DNA from: Macrostomum hystrix
Lineage: Eukaryota; Animalia; Platyhelminthes
Assembly (NCBI GenBank): GCA_950097015.1
Contig: CATNEN010000002.1
Coordinates: forward strand, 2,108,001 to 2,172,000
Length of the DNA stretch: 64,000 nucleotides
Direction: 5' to 3'
Part shown: piece after piece, positions 11,041-24,700 of the stretch
Layout of the letters: each line of letters starts with the position of its first letter
How positions within the stretch are numbered: position 1 is the stretch's first letter
Position numbers and translations under genes: made by a program
Notes under the pieces: generated by a model
Told to the model about the DNA's origin: nothing
The model's database searches: none
Seen by the model: only the letters and a program-made list of their open reading frames with translations

Positions 11041-13969
11041 GAGACAATACAGCGAGATCCGGACAAGCGACTTCTCAACCATTCTCAACCATTCTCAACC
11101 ATTCTCAACCTACGATGAGAAAACGAATTAATGCAACAAAGAGTGCATTTTAGGCAGAAGAATTGCAACAATAATACACGTATCGTACTCAGAAATTGTC
11201 TCAAAATACATAAATAGGTTTTGCGATAACGTTAGAGATGGAGGACCAGAGATTTTTGAGATGGGCGAGCTACCCTTATAAAATATACCGTAAAATATCA
11301 TGGTTTAAGGACAATCAGAAGTGATCAGAGAAATTTTTTATCAGGAGCAAAAGCTTGGAGAATTAGAAATCACGATAGAAGCAAACATATACACGAGAGA
11401 TGTAGGGTCAGACAGTAGGTTGCCGCACATTTCAACGACTCCACTCAATGACAATTAGATAGCGCCAATCTAGTTTCCGGTGTCGACGAATGATGGCGGA
11501 CTCGTCCTTCGACAACGTGTCGCATCGATTGAAGATGCTAGCAAGCACAATAATTGTTTGCTTTCATCCTGCACTGGTTAGAATGGTCGACCGCTTGTCC
11601 GGATCCCGCAGTCTGGCATGAAGATATAATGACTTTTGCTATATTTTGACAATCTTATAAAGTTTTAAAATAATCTCCATGAAAACTGCAGTTGCAGCGA
11701 CGCCAATTACACTTTGATGCCCCGACAAGCTTCTTATGTGAAAGCTTGAAAGCTTGAAGAGTTGAAAACGCTGCACTTTCTTGGCATTTCCTAATTGCAT
11801 GTCTACTCAAAAGCTAAAATTTTGCTTCAAGACTCGGCACTTTCTCTCAACCTGGTGCTTGCTAACTTTTTAAAATATATAATAATATTCAAGTATGGAC
11901 AGGACGCAGCTTCTGCCGAATGAACCAAGTAGAATGTTTGTATTATCTGCCTGTTCGGCCTTTGATTTTTTTCTTGGTCTTGTGGAAGTCTGTGAATGTG
12001 TTAGAAACGTGTTCAGTATTTTCTGCAAATGGGTGCATTTCAAACACCCACCTCACAACACCCAAGACTAGCGGGAACGCGAGCTTGTGGTTCCTGGATT
12101 TTTAGTTCACATATCTGCTTATTATTCAGCTTACACTTTCGTCATCAACTTTTTAGATCGGACACTGATCGTAATCCCGCCTATTGGCGAATCTTAGCTC
12201 GCTAAGTATACGTAAAACTCATGAGGGCAAACTGTGAGGTTCCAGTTCCAGGAGATCACAAATGTTTAAATCCATACCGTAAAAAGAAAAGTGATCGTTT
12301 TAAGGCCGTACTGTTAGTTGGTACGCTTGTAGACAGACTGGTGAAATCTAAGTAATCAATGTAACGAAGTAAATAACAAAAAACAACTATAGGCTACTGA
12401 TTATTGAGAATTAGAGATGGTCAATTTAAAACTGAAATTTCGAAATTCGAAATTCGCGCGAAGCACTAATACAACTGACAGCTGTGATATTTTAGATGTT
12501 CGATTTAGCTGATACAAATAACCGCAAAGTCGGTGTAGCGGTAGCACTTATATTTCTGTTAATAGTTCAATGTATTGTTATTGGTATTGGTAAGGCATAA
12601 TTGCTAAGGCGCATCTAAGGAGGATATAAGGCGTCGAGGAGCACGCACAGATGCGAGAAAATGCGACAGCAGGAATGGCAGCGGGGCAAGAGAGAGACCG
12701 GCGGGCATGGCTTGTGAAATGCGAAATTTTTTGCATTTTGAAACTATTGATACATGAAAACTTACGGTTCAAACAAAAGGTAAATTTAAATAGATGTAAA
12801 GGAGCAAATCTATCAATGAAGAGTAAATAAAAGAAATAAAAGCTATTTGAATAATGCATCAATAAAGAGAGATTATAGAAGTATAATTTCACATCGTCAC
12901 ACAGCAATTAAAAAACAATCGCTGGCATCGGTACGACATGCATGCACCCTGCCATAAATCATACAGATGACGAACTGTCTACAAGTTTTGGTCACTAGGC
13001 CTATGTCATCCACCCTCTTAGACCCTGGACACGTCGTCATAGGCCCTACAGATTACGAAAAAGCAGATGACAAAGTGTCCAGGGACCGTCATGTCCTAGA
13101 CTTACTTACTAGGGCCTAGCCTACTTTTCTTCAGATATCTTAAAAACGTACAGAAAATTATACTCCTAGGCAGTCGGTCGATTAGCAGCTAAAAGTAAAT
13201 CCAAGGCAAAAGCAAACTTCTATTAATTTTGTCATATTGTTTGGCTGAAAAATTAAGCTGAAGCTGAATCCACAGATTATTGATTTCCTTTGTATGAATT
13301 AGGCCTAGGCCTAATGTTAAGTCAACTGCTTAAGTGTTAGGCCTAATATAATGTTGATTTAAGGAAACTGTACATATTTTTTCATAGGGTAATGTATCAT
13401 CAACCAAACAAGAATGTGTATTTTTTTAACTTCAAACCTAAGCTACAGATTTTCTATTTAAGATATGATGATAAATCAAAAGCTAAGTTATAGAAAACAG
13501 TTACATCATTCAAAAAAGTATCTGCTTTTGCTATTTTATCAAATAGGAAAAAGTTATTCCTGCTTTTTATCTAAAACCGAACAATGATTTTTATGTATCT
13601 TCAAACCAAACAGAGAATTTGATGTTTGGTTTTACAATTTGAGTGAGTGGTTTAATCTTATTTTAAGGAGTGAACTATCATGAATTATGTAATTTGAAAG
13701 CATTTTTCATGCTCTATAGATAACTACATTTATGGTCATTTAATTGGCAATCAACCATATACAATCTTTGTCTAAAGTACATACTGAAAAAATGTTGTTA
13801 AAAGTATGCTTTTGCAATAAAAAATTCTACTGAAACATCAATATCTTTCTTTCCTCTTAATGCTTCATTGCACATCATGCCTCAGCTTGTAGATAATTTC
13901 TTCAACTTTCAAATGAGTTGTTCTGTGCAACACAATAGCTTGTTTCTGTCTTGCACAAGACCAAGTAAA

Positions 13970-14685
13970 CCATAGTCAGGAAGGTGACCTTTTTCGTCGA
14001 AAATTCTGGCGTGCATAGGCATAGCCAAAGATATTCGGCATACATTCGGCGTACATTTGGTCTGCCTTGCAACAGTTGGCGTACATTCAGCATATGCCAT
14101 GTATGCCGCAAATATGTGGCATGATATGGGATATAAGGTTGGCATATGAGGCAGTGCTAATTCTCTATTATGTCTACCGTATATTATTATTCAAATCTCT
14201 GGCAAAATCTTTACGGTAATCTTTGGGTGTGTTCTAGTTGCTAAGAATGAGTTAAAATAAGTTAAAATGACATAAAATAGTTTAAAATGGTAATTTTAAC
14301 ATCTTCAGTTAAACAAATAAAAAAAGACTCAACTTGTTGGTATAGTACAACAACCAAACTTGTCGAATATTCAATGCAACGGAAGGTTTTTACTTTATTA
14401 TAATACACCATACATGGATACACGTCGTGATGTCGACAATGAAGCAGAATGAATGTCTGAATCTGCTAAATTGTATTAATTATTTCGTTTGTTCGTTCAT
14501 CGGTGTCCATTCAGTGTCCTAATAAGCTGATAAACAATTAACTAATCGGCGTGCATGGGTGCATTACGGTATATTCGGCGTGCATTACGGTATATTCGCG
14601 GCGTACATATGGTTACATTTGGCGTACATAGGTAGCCCTGCCCGAATTTCATTCCGGCATACACATGCCACCTTCCTGACTATGG
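13970..14685. mobile_element. 716-bp non-autonomous DNA transposon (MITE) with 17-bp TIRs
   Basis: CCATAGTCAGGAAGGTG (13970-13986) and CACCTTCCTGACTATGG (14669-14685) are perfect inverted repeats. Multiple subterminal GGC(G/A)T(A/G)CAT motifs occur at both ends, with an AT-rich middle. No TSD is evident. Confidence 0.65.
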
Positions 14686-15557
14686 CAAGGAAGAAGTCAA
14701 AATTCTTGTTTGGTTTTGAAGATACACTGTTCGGTTGATGATACATTACCCTACCCTCATATGATGATTTTAACCAAAGCCCTTATAAGACTATCCTAGT
14801 GATCCTAGTCACTTTGTCATGTCAAATGATATTCTGCCAAAATATTTCTGCTTTTGACACTACATCATTGCATAAGTCAAGATTATATTTTAACATATAT
14901 TCTATTCAACTTAAGGCAGTCTCTTATATACTAGGCTATATGGTAGTTCTAAAGTTAAAGTTTAATATATTATGTATCACAAAACAAAAGGTTTTTTGTT
15001 TTTTTAGCATTTTAACATAGTTATAGTTTGATTTAACAAATGTTTCCTAGCTTAATATCATTAACAACAATATATATATTTTCAGTTATAAGTCTAGCCA
15101 CTTTTTATTTTCTGTACTAAAAGCTTTACTCGCAATTAGGTAAAATGTTGTTTTATTACCATATATAATATTTATCCATGTTTGGGTAATGTTTGCTTGC
15201 ATTTTAGCTAGGCTATTTACTTTATTTAGTAAAGTAATTACTCATTACCCAAACAGATAGGGATTCCCAGGTTAATAGGTCTTGTCATAAATGTATCTAG
15301 ATAATTTTAGTTTTTTTCTTGTTTTAAATGCAATATTGCACTTGAATTCTGAAATAAACTAGGTTAGATAAATATAGTTTATATATTCTATGTAACCTAG
15401 GGCTAGGCTTCTCTTTACATTTGTGCTAATATTTCAATATCAAGAAATTCAAGCTTTAAACACTTGGCCTGCTACAAACTCATATTTTTGTTTGCTAAAC
15501 TTAAAACGTTGATTCTGAAATTTCAGCTAGACATATTGCCAACCGGCCTCTGCTGAA

Positions 15558-18500
15558 ATGTCAGGAAAATCTCCCATAACCGCGGGCGCCAGCTCGCCAG
15601 CTTCCTCTGGCGACAAGCTGGACCCGTTCCGCAGTCGCAACGAGCTCAAGGCCAGCAAGAAGCCGAAACGATCTCACGGCTCGTCTCACTACCGGCCAAA
15701 GGCGCCAACTGAACTTACCCCGCTGCCGTCATTGAAGGATGCTGCCTCGGGTGATCAGATTGAACTGTTTGGCCAGAAACTGCAGCAGTGCTGCGTTGTG
15801 TTCGACTTCAGCGACCCGGTGTCCGATCTGAAGTCCAAGGAAGTCAAGCGGACCTGTCTGAATGAGCTGGTGGACTTCGTCACTGTGACGCGCGGTGTGC
15901 TGCAGGATGCCACTTATCCGGAGATCATTCGAATGGTAATCATATTTTTTTCTTCTAACCTGCAATCTATACTTTCCTATCCCCACCCACTCTTGCGATG
16001 TGCTCTCTTTTCAAACCCCACCCAGCCCTAGAATGTACCTGTACACTGTTTTCGTACCCCACAGCGCTGCAATGTACATTGTTTTCCTACCCCACAGCGC
16101 TGCAATGTACACTGTTTTTCTACCCCACAGCGCTGCAATGTACATTGTTTTCCTACCCCACAGCGCTGCAATGTACATTGTTTTCCTACCCCACAGCGCT
16201 GCAGTGTACACTGTTTTTCTACCCCACAGCGCTGCACTGTACATTGTTTTCCTACCCCACAGCGCTGCAATGTACATTGTTTTCCTACCCCACAGCGCTG
16301 CAGTGTACACTGTTTTTCTACCCCACAGCGCTGCACTGTACATTGTTTTCCTACCCCACAGCGCTGCAATGTACATTGTTTTCCTACCCCACAGCGCTGC
16401 AGTGTACACTGTTTTCCTACCCCACAGCGCTGCAGTGTACACTGTTTTTCTACCCCACAGCGCTGCACTGTACATTGTTTTCCTACCCCACAGCGCTGCA
16501 ATGTACACTGTTTTTCTACCCCAGAAAGTCCTGGAATATACAGTTTTCCTTCCCCTCATCAGCCGTCTAATTTTCATACCCGATAATTTGATTTCCACAG
16601 ATTGCCTGCAACATATTCCGCACCCTGCCACCGTCTGACAATGCTGATTTCGATCCGGACGAAGACGATCCAACGCTGGAAGCCTCGTGGCCGCATCTGC
16701 AGGTGGGCAATGCGACTTATCCAGGGATTTTAATCGTGTTTTATCTTGAGATGAAATTTATTAAATGATCCTTTGACCTAAATTTTAGTTTATCTACGAG
16801 TTCTTTCTGCGAGTGCTGGAGTCGCCAGACTTTCAGCCCTCCGTGGCCAAGAAGTATATCGACCAGAGATTTGTGCTGCAGGTGAGTTAGTCTGCTTTAA
16901 TTCAGTTGTCTGGTCGTTTTGCTTGATTTGCTTACTGTCTACTGACTGGCAATTGTGGGTAATTGCTGGCATATTTGGGCGGTAGATATGGGTAATGGGT
17001 GGTAAAAGTGTACAATGCCTGCCAGATATTGGTCATAGCTGGCAGACTTTGGTAGTGAATTGTAGATGTGGTTAATGGCTGGCAGGTGTGGGTAATGAAT
17101 GGGCAGGTGTATGTAATGAGGGGCAAGTATGGGTACTGACTGGCAGGTGTGGGTAATGACTGGGATGTGTGGTTAATAACAGGAAGGTGTGGGTAAAGAC
17201 AGGCAAGTATGGGTAATGACTGGCAGGTGTGGGTAAAGACAGGCAGGTATGGGTAATGACTGGCAGGTGTGGGTAATGAAACGGCCAGGTGTATGTAAGG
17301 AGGGGCAAGTATGGGTACTGACTGGCAGGTATGGGTAATGACAGGCAGGTATGGGTAATAACGGCAGGTGTGGGTAATGACAGGCAGGTGTTGGTAATGA
17401 CTGTATGGTATGGGTAATGACTGTAAGGTGTGGGTAAAGACAGGCAGGTATGGGTACTGGCTGGCAGATATGTAATGACAGGCACAAGATCCCGCATTTT
17501 CTCACCCATCAGCTGCTAGAACTGTTTGACAGCGAAGATCCCAGAGAGCGTGACTTCCTGAAGACGGTGCTGCATCGAATCTACGGCAAGTTCCTTGGCC
17601 TTCGAGCGTTCATTCGCAAACAGATTAACAATATCTTTCTGCGCTTCATCTACCAGACTGAGCAGTTCAACGGCGTCGGAGAACTGTTGGAGATTCTGGG
17701 CAGCATCATCAACGGGTTCGCTCTGCCACTGAAGGCTGAGCACAAACAGTTCCTGGTCAAGGTGCTGCTGCCATTGCACAAGGCCAAGTCGCTTGGAATG
17801 TTCCACGCTCAGCTGGCCTATTGCGTTGTTCAATTCCTAGAGAAGGACGCCACCCTAACAGAGCAGGTGGTCCTTGGACTGCTCAAATTCTGGCCTAGAA
17901 CTGTCAGCTCAAAGGAGGTGATGTATCTGGGCGAGATTGAGGAGATTCTCGACGTTATCGAGCCCGGCCAGTTTGAAAAGATTATGAGGCCTCTGTTTCG
18001 TCAGGTAGCGAGATCCGTTGGCAGCTCTCATTTTCAGGTGAGATGTTTTTACTACTATGGAAATAGTTTCTATACGTAGCAAATCAGCTCTAGATTGACT
18101 GGGTCAGCTGTAGATTGACTGGGTCAGCTGAAAATTGACTGTCTCAGCTGTAGATTGACTGGGTCAGCTCTAGATTGACTGGGTCAGCTGTAAATTGACT
18201 GGGTCAGCTGTAGATTGACTGGGTCAGCTGTAGATTGACTGGGTCAGCTCTAGATTGACTGTGTCAGCTCTAGATTGACTGGGTCAGCTCTAGATTGACT
18301 GGGTCAGCTCTAGATTGACTGGGTCAGCTCTAGATTGACTGGGTCAGCTGTAGATTGACTGGGTCAGCTCTAGATTGACTGGGTTAGCTCTAGATTGACT
18401 GGGTCAGCTGTAGATTGACTGGGTCAGCTGTAAATTGACTGTCTCAGCTGTAGATTGACTGGGTCAGCTCTAGATTGACTGGGTCAGCTGTAAATTGACT

Positions 18501-20357
18501 GGGTCAGCTGTAGATTGACTGGGTCAGCTGTAGATTGACTGGGTCAGCTCTAGATTGACTGTGTCAGCTCTAGATTGACTGGGTCAGCTCTAGATTGACT
18601 GGGTCAGCTCTAGATTGACTGGGTCAGCTCTAGATTGACTGGGTCAGCTCTAGATTGACTGGGTCAGCTCTAGATTGACTGGGTCAGCTCTAGATTGACT
18701 GGGTCAGCTGTAGATTGACTGGGTCAGCTCTAGATTGACTGTGTCAGCTCTAGATTGACTGGGTCAGCTCTAGATTGACTGGGTCAGCTCTAGATTGACT
18801 GGGTCAGCTGTAAATTGACTGGGTCAGCTGTAGATTGACTGTGTCAGCTCTAGATTGACTGTGTCAGCTCTAGATTGACTGTGTCAGCTCTAGATTGACT
18901 GGGTCAGCTCTAGATTGACTGGGTCAGCTCTAGATTGACTGGGTCAGCTCTAGATTGACTGGGTCAGCTGTAGATTGACTGGGTCAGCTCTAGATTGACT
19001 GTGTCAGCTCTAGATTGACTGGGTCAGCTCTAGATTGACTGGGTCAGCTGTAAATTGACTGGGTCAGCTGTAGATTGACTGTGTCAGCTCTAGATTGACT
19101 GTGTCAGCTCTAGATTGACTGTCAGCTCTAGATTGACTGTGTCAGCTCTAGATTGACTGTGTCAGCTCTAGATTGACTGGGTCAGAATTAGTAGGCCAGA
19201 TAGTATAGTCAGCTCAAATGTAATTATATAACTCTGTGCCTATCGAATTGTTCAGGTTGCTGAGAGAGCCCTGTACTACTGGAACAATGAGTACATCGCC
19301 TCCTTGGTTGAGGAGCACAATGAGGTGCTAATGCCGATCCTATTTCCGGCCTTCTATAGAATCTCTCGGGAGCACTGGAACCAGACAATTGTGGCGCTGG
19401 TCTACAATGTGCTCAAGACTTTTATGGAGATGAACACTAAACTGTTTGACGACCTGACCAACGCGTACAAAAATGAGCGACAAAAGTAAGATTTGCTGCG
19501 TTATTTGCACCTTGATATATTTATATTGCTTTCTTCAAATCTCTGCTCTGGTCTCGTCGATTCGTGTGTGAGTGTCGGTAGCTTCCCATTGTTTATTTCC
19601 TTTATTGCATTTTCTACTCATTTCTCACATTTTCGTTTCGATCTTCTTTTTCTAGATTTCTCCTATTTATTCCCCTAATTTTTCCGTTCGATTTATCCCA
19701 TATCTTACCCTCGATTTCTCCCCTTTATTCCCTTGGATTTCTTCCCTTTCTTTCCTTGGATTTCTCCCCTTTATTCCCTTGGATTTCTCCCCTTTATTTC
19801 CTTGGATTTCTCCCCTTTATTCCCTGGATTTCTCCCCTTTATTCCCTTGGATTTCTTCCCTTTCTTTCCTTGGATTTCTCCCCTTTATTCCCTTGGATTT
19901 CTCCCCTTTATTCCCTTGGATTTCTTCCCTTTCTTTCCTTGGATTTCTCCCCTTTATTCCCTTGGATTTCTCCCCTTTATTCCCTTGGATTTCTCCCCTT
20001 TATTCCCTTGGATTTCTCCCCTTTATTCGCTTGTATTTCTCCCCTTTCTTCCGTTGATTTCTCCCCTTTCTTCCCTTGGATTTCTCCCCTTTCTTCCGTT
20101 GATTTCTCCCCTTACTTTCATTGGCTTTCTCCCCTTTCTTCCCTTGGATTTCTCCCCTATCTTCCACAATTTTTTCCCATCCCTTGTTTGCCCCTATCTT
20201 TCCCCTTATATCTGGCCAATCATCCAATTGCCTTAAGCCTAAATCTTCCGAAATCCCATTGATTTGCACAAATTTCCTCACCATTTTCAGGGAGCGGAAG
20301 CGAGAAAAGGATCGCGACGATCTGCTTCGCAAATTTGACGACATTCGCGTCAAATAA
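15558..20357 (+). CDS. PPP2R5: PP2A regulatory subunit B' (B56/PPP2R5, widerborst-like), 464 aa; exons 15558-15935, 16601-16702, 16789-16881, 17513-18037, 19256-19485, 20291-20357
   Basis: All junctions are GT-AG and phase-consistent. B56 motifs: [126 protein letters not shown]. Confidence 0.97.
16040..16522. repeat. 33-bp minisatellite CCCCACAGCGCTGCAATGTACATTGTTTTCCTA in PPP2R5 intron 1
   Basis: About 15 units; 11-aa periodic pseudo-ORFs on both strands. Confidence 0.95.
16945..17482. repeat. Degenerate ~20-bp minisatellite (GGCAGGT(A/G)TGGGTAATGAC) in PPP2R5 intron 3
   Basis: Read directly. Confidence 0.88.
18083..19186. repeat. 20-bp minisatellite GGGTCAGCTCTAGATTGACT, about 55 copies, in PPP2R5 intron 4
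   Basis: Exact 20-bp register is visible line by line. Confidence 0.97.
19700..20160. repeat. ~23-bp pyrimidine-rich minisatellite (CCCTTTATTCCCTTGGATTTCTC) in PPP2R5 intron 5
   Basis: Read directly. Confidence 0.92.
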
Positions 20358-21754
20358 CCCGGCGACTGGCCGCTCCTGAGTTCTAATTTGCTTATAGAAT
20401 CATCTAAGAGAGACACGTGGCGATCAAATTCGGAAGATTAGCAAAAAGGAATTAATCCATAAACTCTCGCGCTGTTTGGCTAGAGATGCTTGCTCGGACT
20501 CTGGTAGTCCTAATAGGTGTTTTTGTTCTAATAAGTTCCTATTGCTTGTGAATGGTTTGCTGGCAAAATCTGTATTGCAGTGTTAATTGTTAGAATATTT
20601 TCAAGTTAATATTCGCTACACTCTACTCGGAGTGAGTAGTTAACTAGTAGTGGTGGTTAGTAGTGGTGAGTAGTTAACTAAAGAAAATTTATTCCAAGTT
20701 TCAAAAAAGACTTCAGCCAGCAAATATCAAAGAAGCAGAATTATTGGTTTGTTATTAAAAAAGCCAGTTCGAGATAAACAAATGTTTTTTAATCACCTGT
20801 AATTATTGTTTTTGTGATAAATTCATTAACTGATTCTGTTGTTCCAATATAGAAATATTGTTATTGCTTCGACTGTAAGTTGCTAAAAAATAAATTCTTC
20901 AATTTTCTGCATCTAGAGATTTCGAGTTTTCCTATACATATCGGCCAGTAGGTTCAGCTTTATTAAAGGCTACAAAATTGAAATCTTTAAATCCTAGGTT
21001 AGTGACCCAATTCTGCTTGCACTATTATTTCACCTCTCTCATGGCCTTACGCATACTTGACGAAATAATATACTTCTCAAAAGCCTTTGTAATGTAACAG
21101 AGTCTCTTAAGAAACATAACTTAAATATGACAGACCGCAAGTACTCATGTTATGCTCGTGCTATTTCGCTTCCTTAACAATACTACCTACTCTTCTGGCT
21201 TTAATTAGTAGTATCGTTAGGTTGTGGTCTATTTTTATTTTAATCAATCACATTTAACAACATTCTATGCCGTTCTGATGCTGTTTAATTTACTTTATAA
21301 AAAGCAACAAAATTTCCCATTTAAACTTTCCAAACACCAGAACCAGATAAGTAACTCGCCGTTTCCTTTATACTTTTTTAGTAATTACTTACGCGCTTTA
21401 TTGTTGTTTTCACTGCTTTTCCGATTTTCTGTGTACACAAAAATTAATCTATGCTACTATGGTAATAAAAGTAGTATATAATAGCTCAGTACGCCCGGAA
21501 ATAATATAACTTCGATGCCCTCAGAACAGGTGAATTATTTATTTATTCTCCATCGCTTTAGGCGCGCATATATTTTAGAAAATCAATAATACCGTGTTGG
21601 TACATGTACCTGTAAAATATATATAACCGCGGCGTGCATATGTTTTTGTGACTTTTTGTTCTTTCTATAGAAAAAATCGAACAAAAACATCGACTTGTGA
21701 GTACGAGTACTAAATGGCTTTTAAGCTTTCCTATTTTGCATATCCGACGTACAA

Positions 21755-24700
21755 ATTCTTGTCTAACAGGTATAAACTCCTGTCTAACAGGTATAAACTC
21801 CTGTCTAACAGGTAGACACTCCTGTCTAACAGGTAGATACTCCTGCCTAACAGGTAGACACTCCTGTCTAACAGATAGACACTCCTGCCTAACAGGTGGA
21901 CAATCCTTTCTAACAGGTGGACACTCCTGTCAAACAGGCAGACACTCCTGTCTAACAGGTAGACACTTCTGCCAAACAGGCAGACACTCCTGTCAAACAG
22001 GCAGACACTCCTGTCTAACAGGTAGACACTCCTGTCTAACAGGTAGATACTCCTGTCTAACAGGTAGACACTCCTGTCTAACAGGTAGACACTCCTGCCA
22101 AACAGGCAGACACTCCTGTCTAACAGGTGGACACTCCTGTCTAACAGGTGGACACTCCTGTCTAACAGGTAGACACTCCTGCCAAACAGGCAGACACTCC
22201 TGTCTAACAGGTAGACACTCCTGTCAAACAGGCAGACACTCTTGTCTAACAGGTAGACACTCCTGCCAAACAGGCGGACACTCCTGTCTAACAGGTGGAC
22301 ACTCCTGTCAAACAGGCAGACTCCTGTCTAACAGGTGGACAATCCTTTCTAACAGGTGGACACTCCTGTCAAACAGGTAGACACTCCTGTCTAACAGGTA
22401 GACACTCCTGTCAAACAGGTAGACACTCCTGCCAAACAGGCAGACACTCGTCTAACAGGTGGACACTTCTGCCAAACAGGCAGACACTCCTGTCTAACAG
22501 GTAGACACTCCTGTCTAACAGGTAGACACTCCTGCCAAACAGGCAGACTCCTGTCTAACAGGTGGACACTCCTGTCTAACAGGTGGACACTCCTGTCTAA
22601 CAGGTAGACACTCCTGCCAAACAGGCAGACACTCCTGTCTAACAGGTAGACACTCCTGCCAAACAGGCAGACACTCCTGTCTAACAGGTGGACACTCCTG
22701 TCAAACAGGCAGACTCCTGTCTAACAGGTGGACAATCCTTTCTAACAGGTGGACACTCCTGTCAAACAGGTAGACACTCCTGTCTAACAGGTAGACACTC
22801 CTGTCAAACAGGTAGACACTCCTGCCAAACAGGCAGACACTCTTGTCTAACAGGTAGACACTCCTGCCAAACAGGCAGACACTCCTGTCTAACAGGTGGA
22901 CACTCCTGTCAAACAGGCAGACTCCTGTCTAACAGGTGGACAATCCTTTCTAACAGGTGGACACTCCTGTCAAACAGGTAGACACTCCTGTCTAACAGGT
23001 AGACACTCCTGTCAAACAGGTAGACACTCCTGCCAAACAGGCAGACACTCGTCTAACAGGTGGACACTTCTGCCAAACAGGCAGACACTCCTGCCAAACA
23101 GGTGGACACTCCTGTCAAACAGGTAGACACTCCTGTCTAACAGGTAGACACTCCTGTCAAACAGGTAGACACTCCTGCCAAACAGGCAGACACTCGTCTA
23201 ACAGGTGGACACTTCTGCCAAACAGGCAGACACTCCTGTCTAACAGGCAGACACTCCTGTCTAACAGGTGGACAATCCTTTCTAACAGGTGGACACTCCT
23301 GTCAAACAGGTAGACACTCCTGTCTAACAGGTAGACACTCCTGTCAAACAGGCAGACACTCTTGTCTAACAGGTAGACACTCCTGCCAAACAGGCAGACA
23401 CTCCTGTCTAACAGGTGGACACTCCTGTCTAACAGGTGGACACTCCTGTCTAACAGGTAGACACTCCTGCCAAACAGGCAGACACTCCTGTCTAACAGGT
23501 AGACACTCCTGTCAAACAGGCAGACACTCTTGTCTAACAGGTAGACACTCCTGCCAAACAGGCGGACACTCCTGTCTAACAGGTGGACACTCCTGTCAAA
23601 CAGGCAGACTCCTGTCTAACAGGTGGACAATCCTTTCTAACAGGTGGACACTCCTGTCAAACAGGTAGACACTCCTGTCTAACAGGTAGACACTCCTGTC
23701 AAACAGGTAGACACTCCTGCCAAACAGGCAGACACTCGTCTAACAGGTGGACACTTCTGCCAAACAGGCAGACACTCCTGTCTAACAGGTAGACACTCCT
23801 GTCTAACAGGTAGACACTCCTGCCAAACAGGCAGACTCCTGTCTAACAGGTGGACACTCCTGTCTAACAGGTGGACACTCCTGTCTAACAGGTAGACACT
23901 CCTGCCAAACAGGCAGACACTCCTGTCTAACAGGTAGACACTCCTGCCAAACAGGCAGACACTCCTGTCTAACAGGTGGACACTCCTGTCAAACAGGCAG
24001 ACTCCTGTCTAACAGGTGGACAATCCTTTCTAACAGGTGGACACTCCTGTCAAACAGGTAGACACTCCTGTCTAACAGGTAGACACTCCTGTCAAACAGG
24101 TAGACACTCCTGCCAAACAGGCAGACACTCTTGTCTAACAGGTAGACACTCCTGCCAAACAGGCAGACACTCCTGTCTAACAGGTGGACACTCCTGTCAA
24201 ACAGGCAGACTCCTGTCTAACAGGTGGACAATCCTTTCTAACAGGTGGACACTCCTGTCAAACAGGTAGACACTCCTGTCTAACAGGTAGACACTCCTGT
24301 CAAACAGGTAGACACTCCTGCCAAACAGGCAGACACTCGTCTAACAGGTGGACACTTCTGCCAAACAGGCAGACACTCCTGCCAAACAGGTGGACACTCC
24401 TGTCAAACAGGTAGACACTCCTGTCTAACAGGTAGACACTCCTGTCAAACAGGTAGACACTCCTGCCGAACAGGCAGACACTCGTCTAACAGGTGGACAC
24501 TTCTGCCAAACAGGCAGACACTCCTGTCTAACAGGCAGACACTCCTGTCTAACAGGTGGACAATCCTTTCTAACAGGTGGACACTCCTGTCAAACAGGTA
24601 GACACTCCTGTCTAACAGGTAGACACTCCTGTCAAACAGGCAGACACTCTTGTCTAACAGGTAGACACTCCTGCCAAACAGGCAGACACTCCTGTCTAAC

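Noticed and set aside
10140-11153. Small + strand gene using GTGAGT donors at ~10145 and ~10437 with a last exon at ~11040
   Set aside because: I could not build a convincing open, phase-consistent, homologous peptide. These may be non-coding or UTR exons.
13023-13084. 10-bp inverted repeat CCCTGGACAC/GTGTCCAGGG
   Set aside because: It is too short and single-copy here; it could be chance or a decayed MITE.
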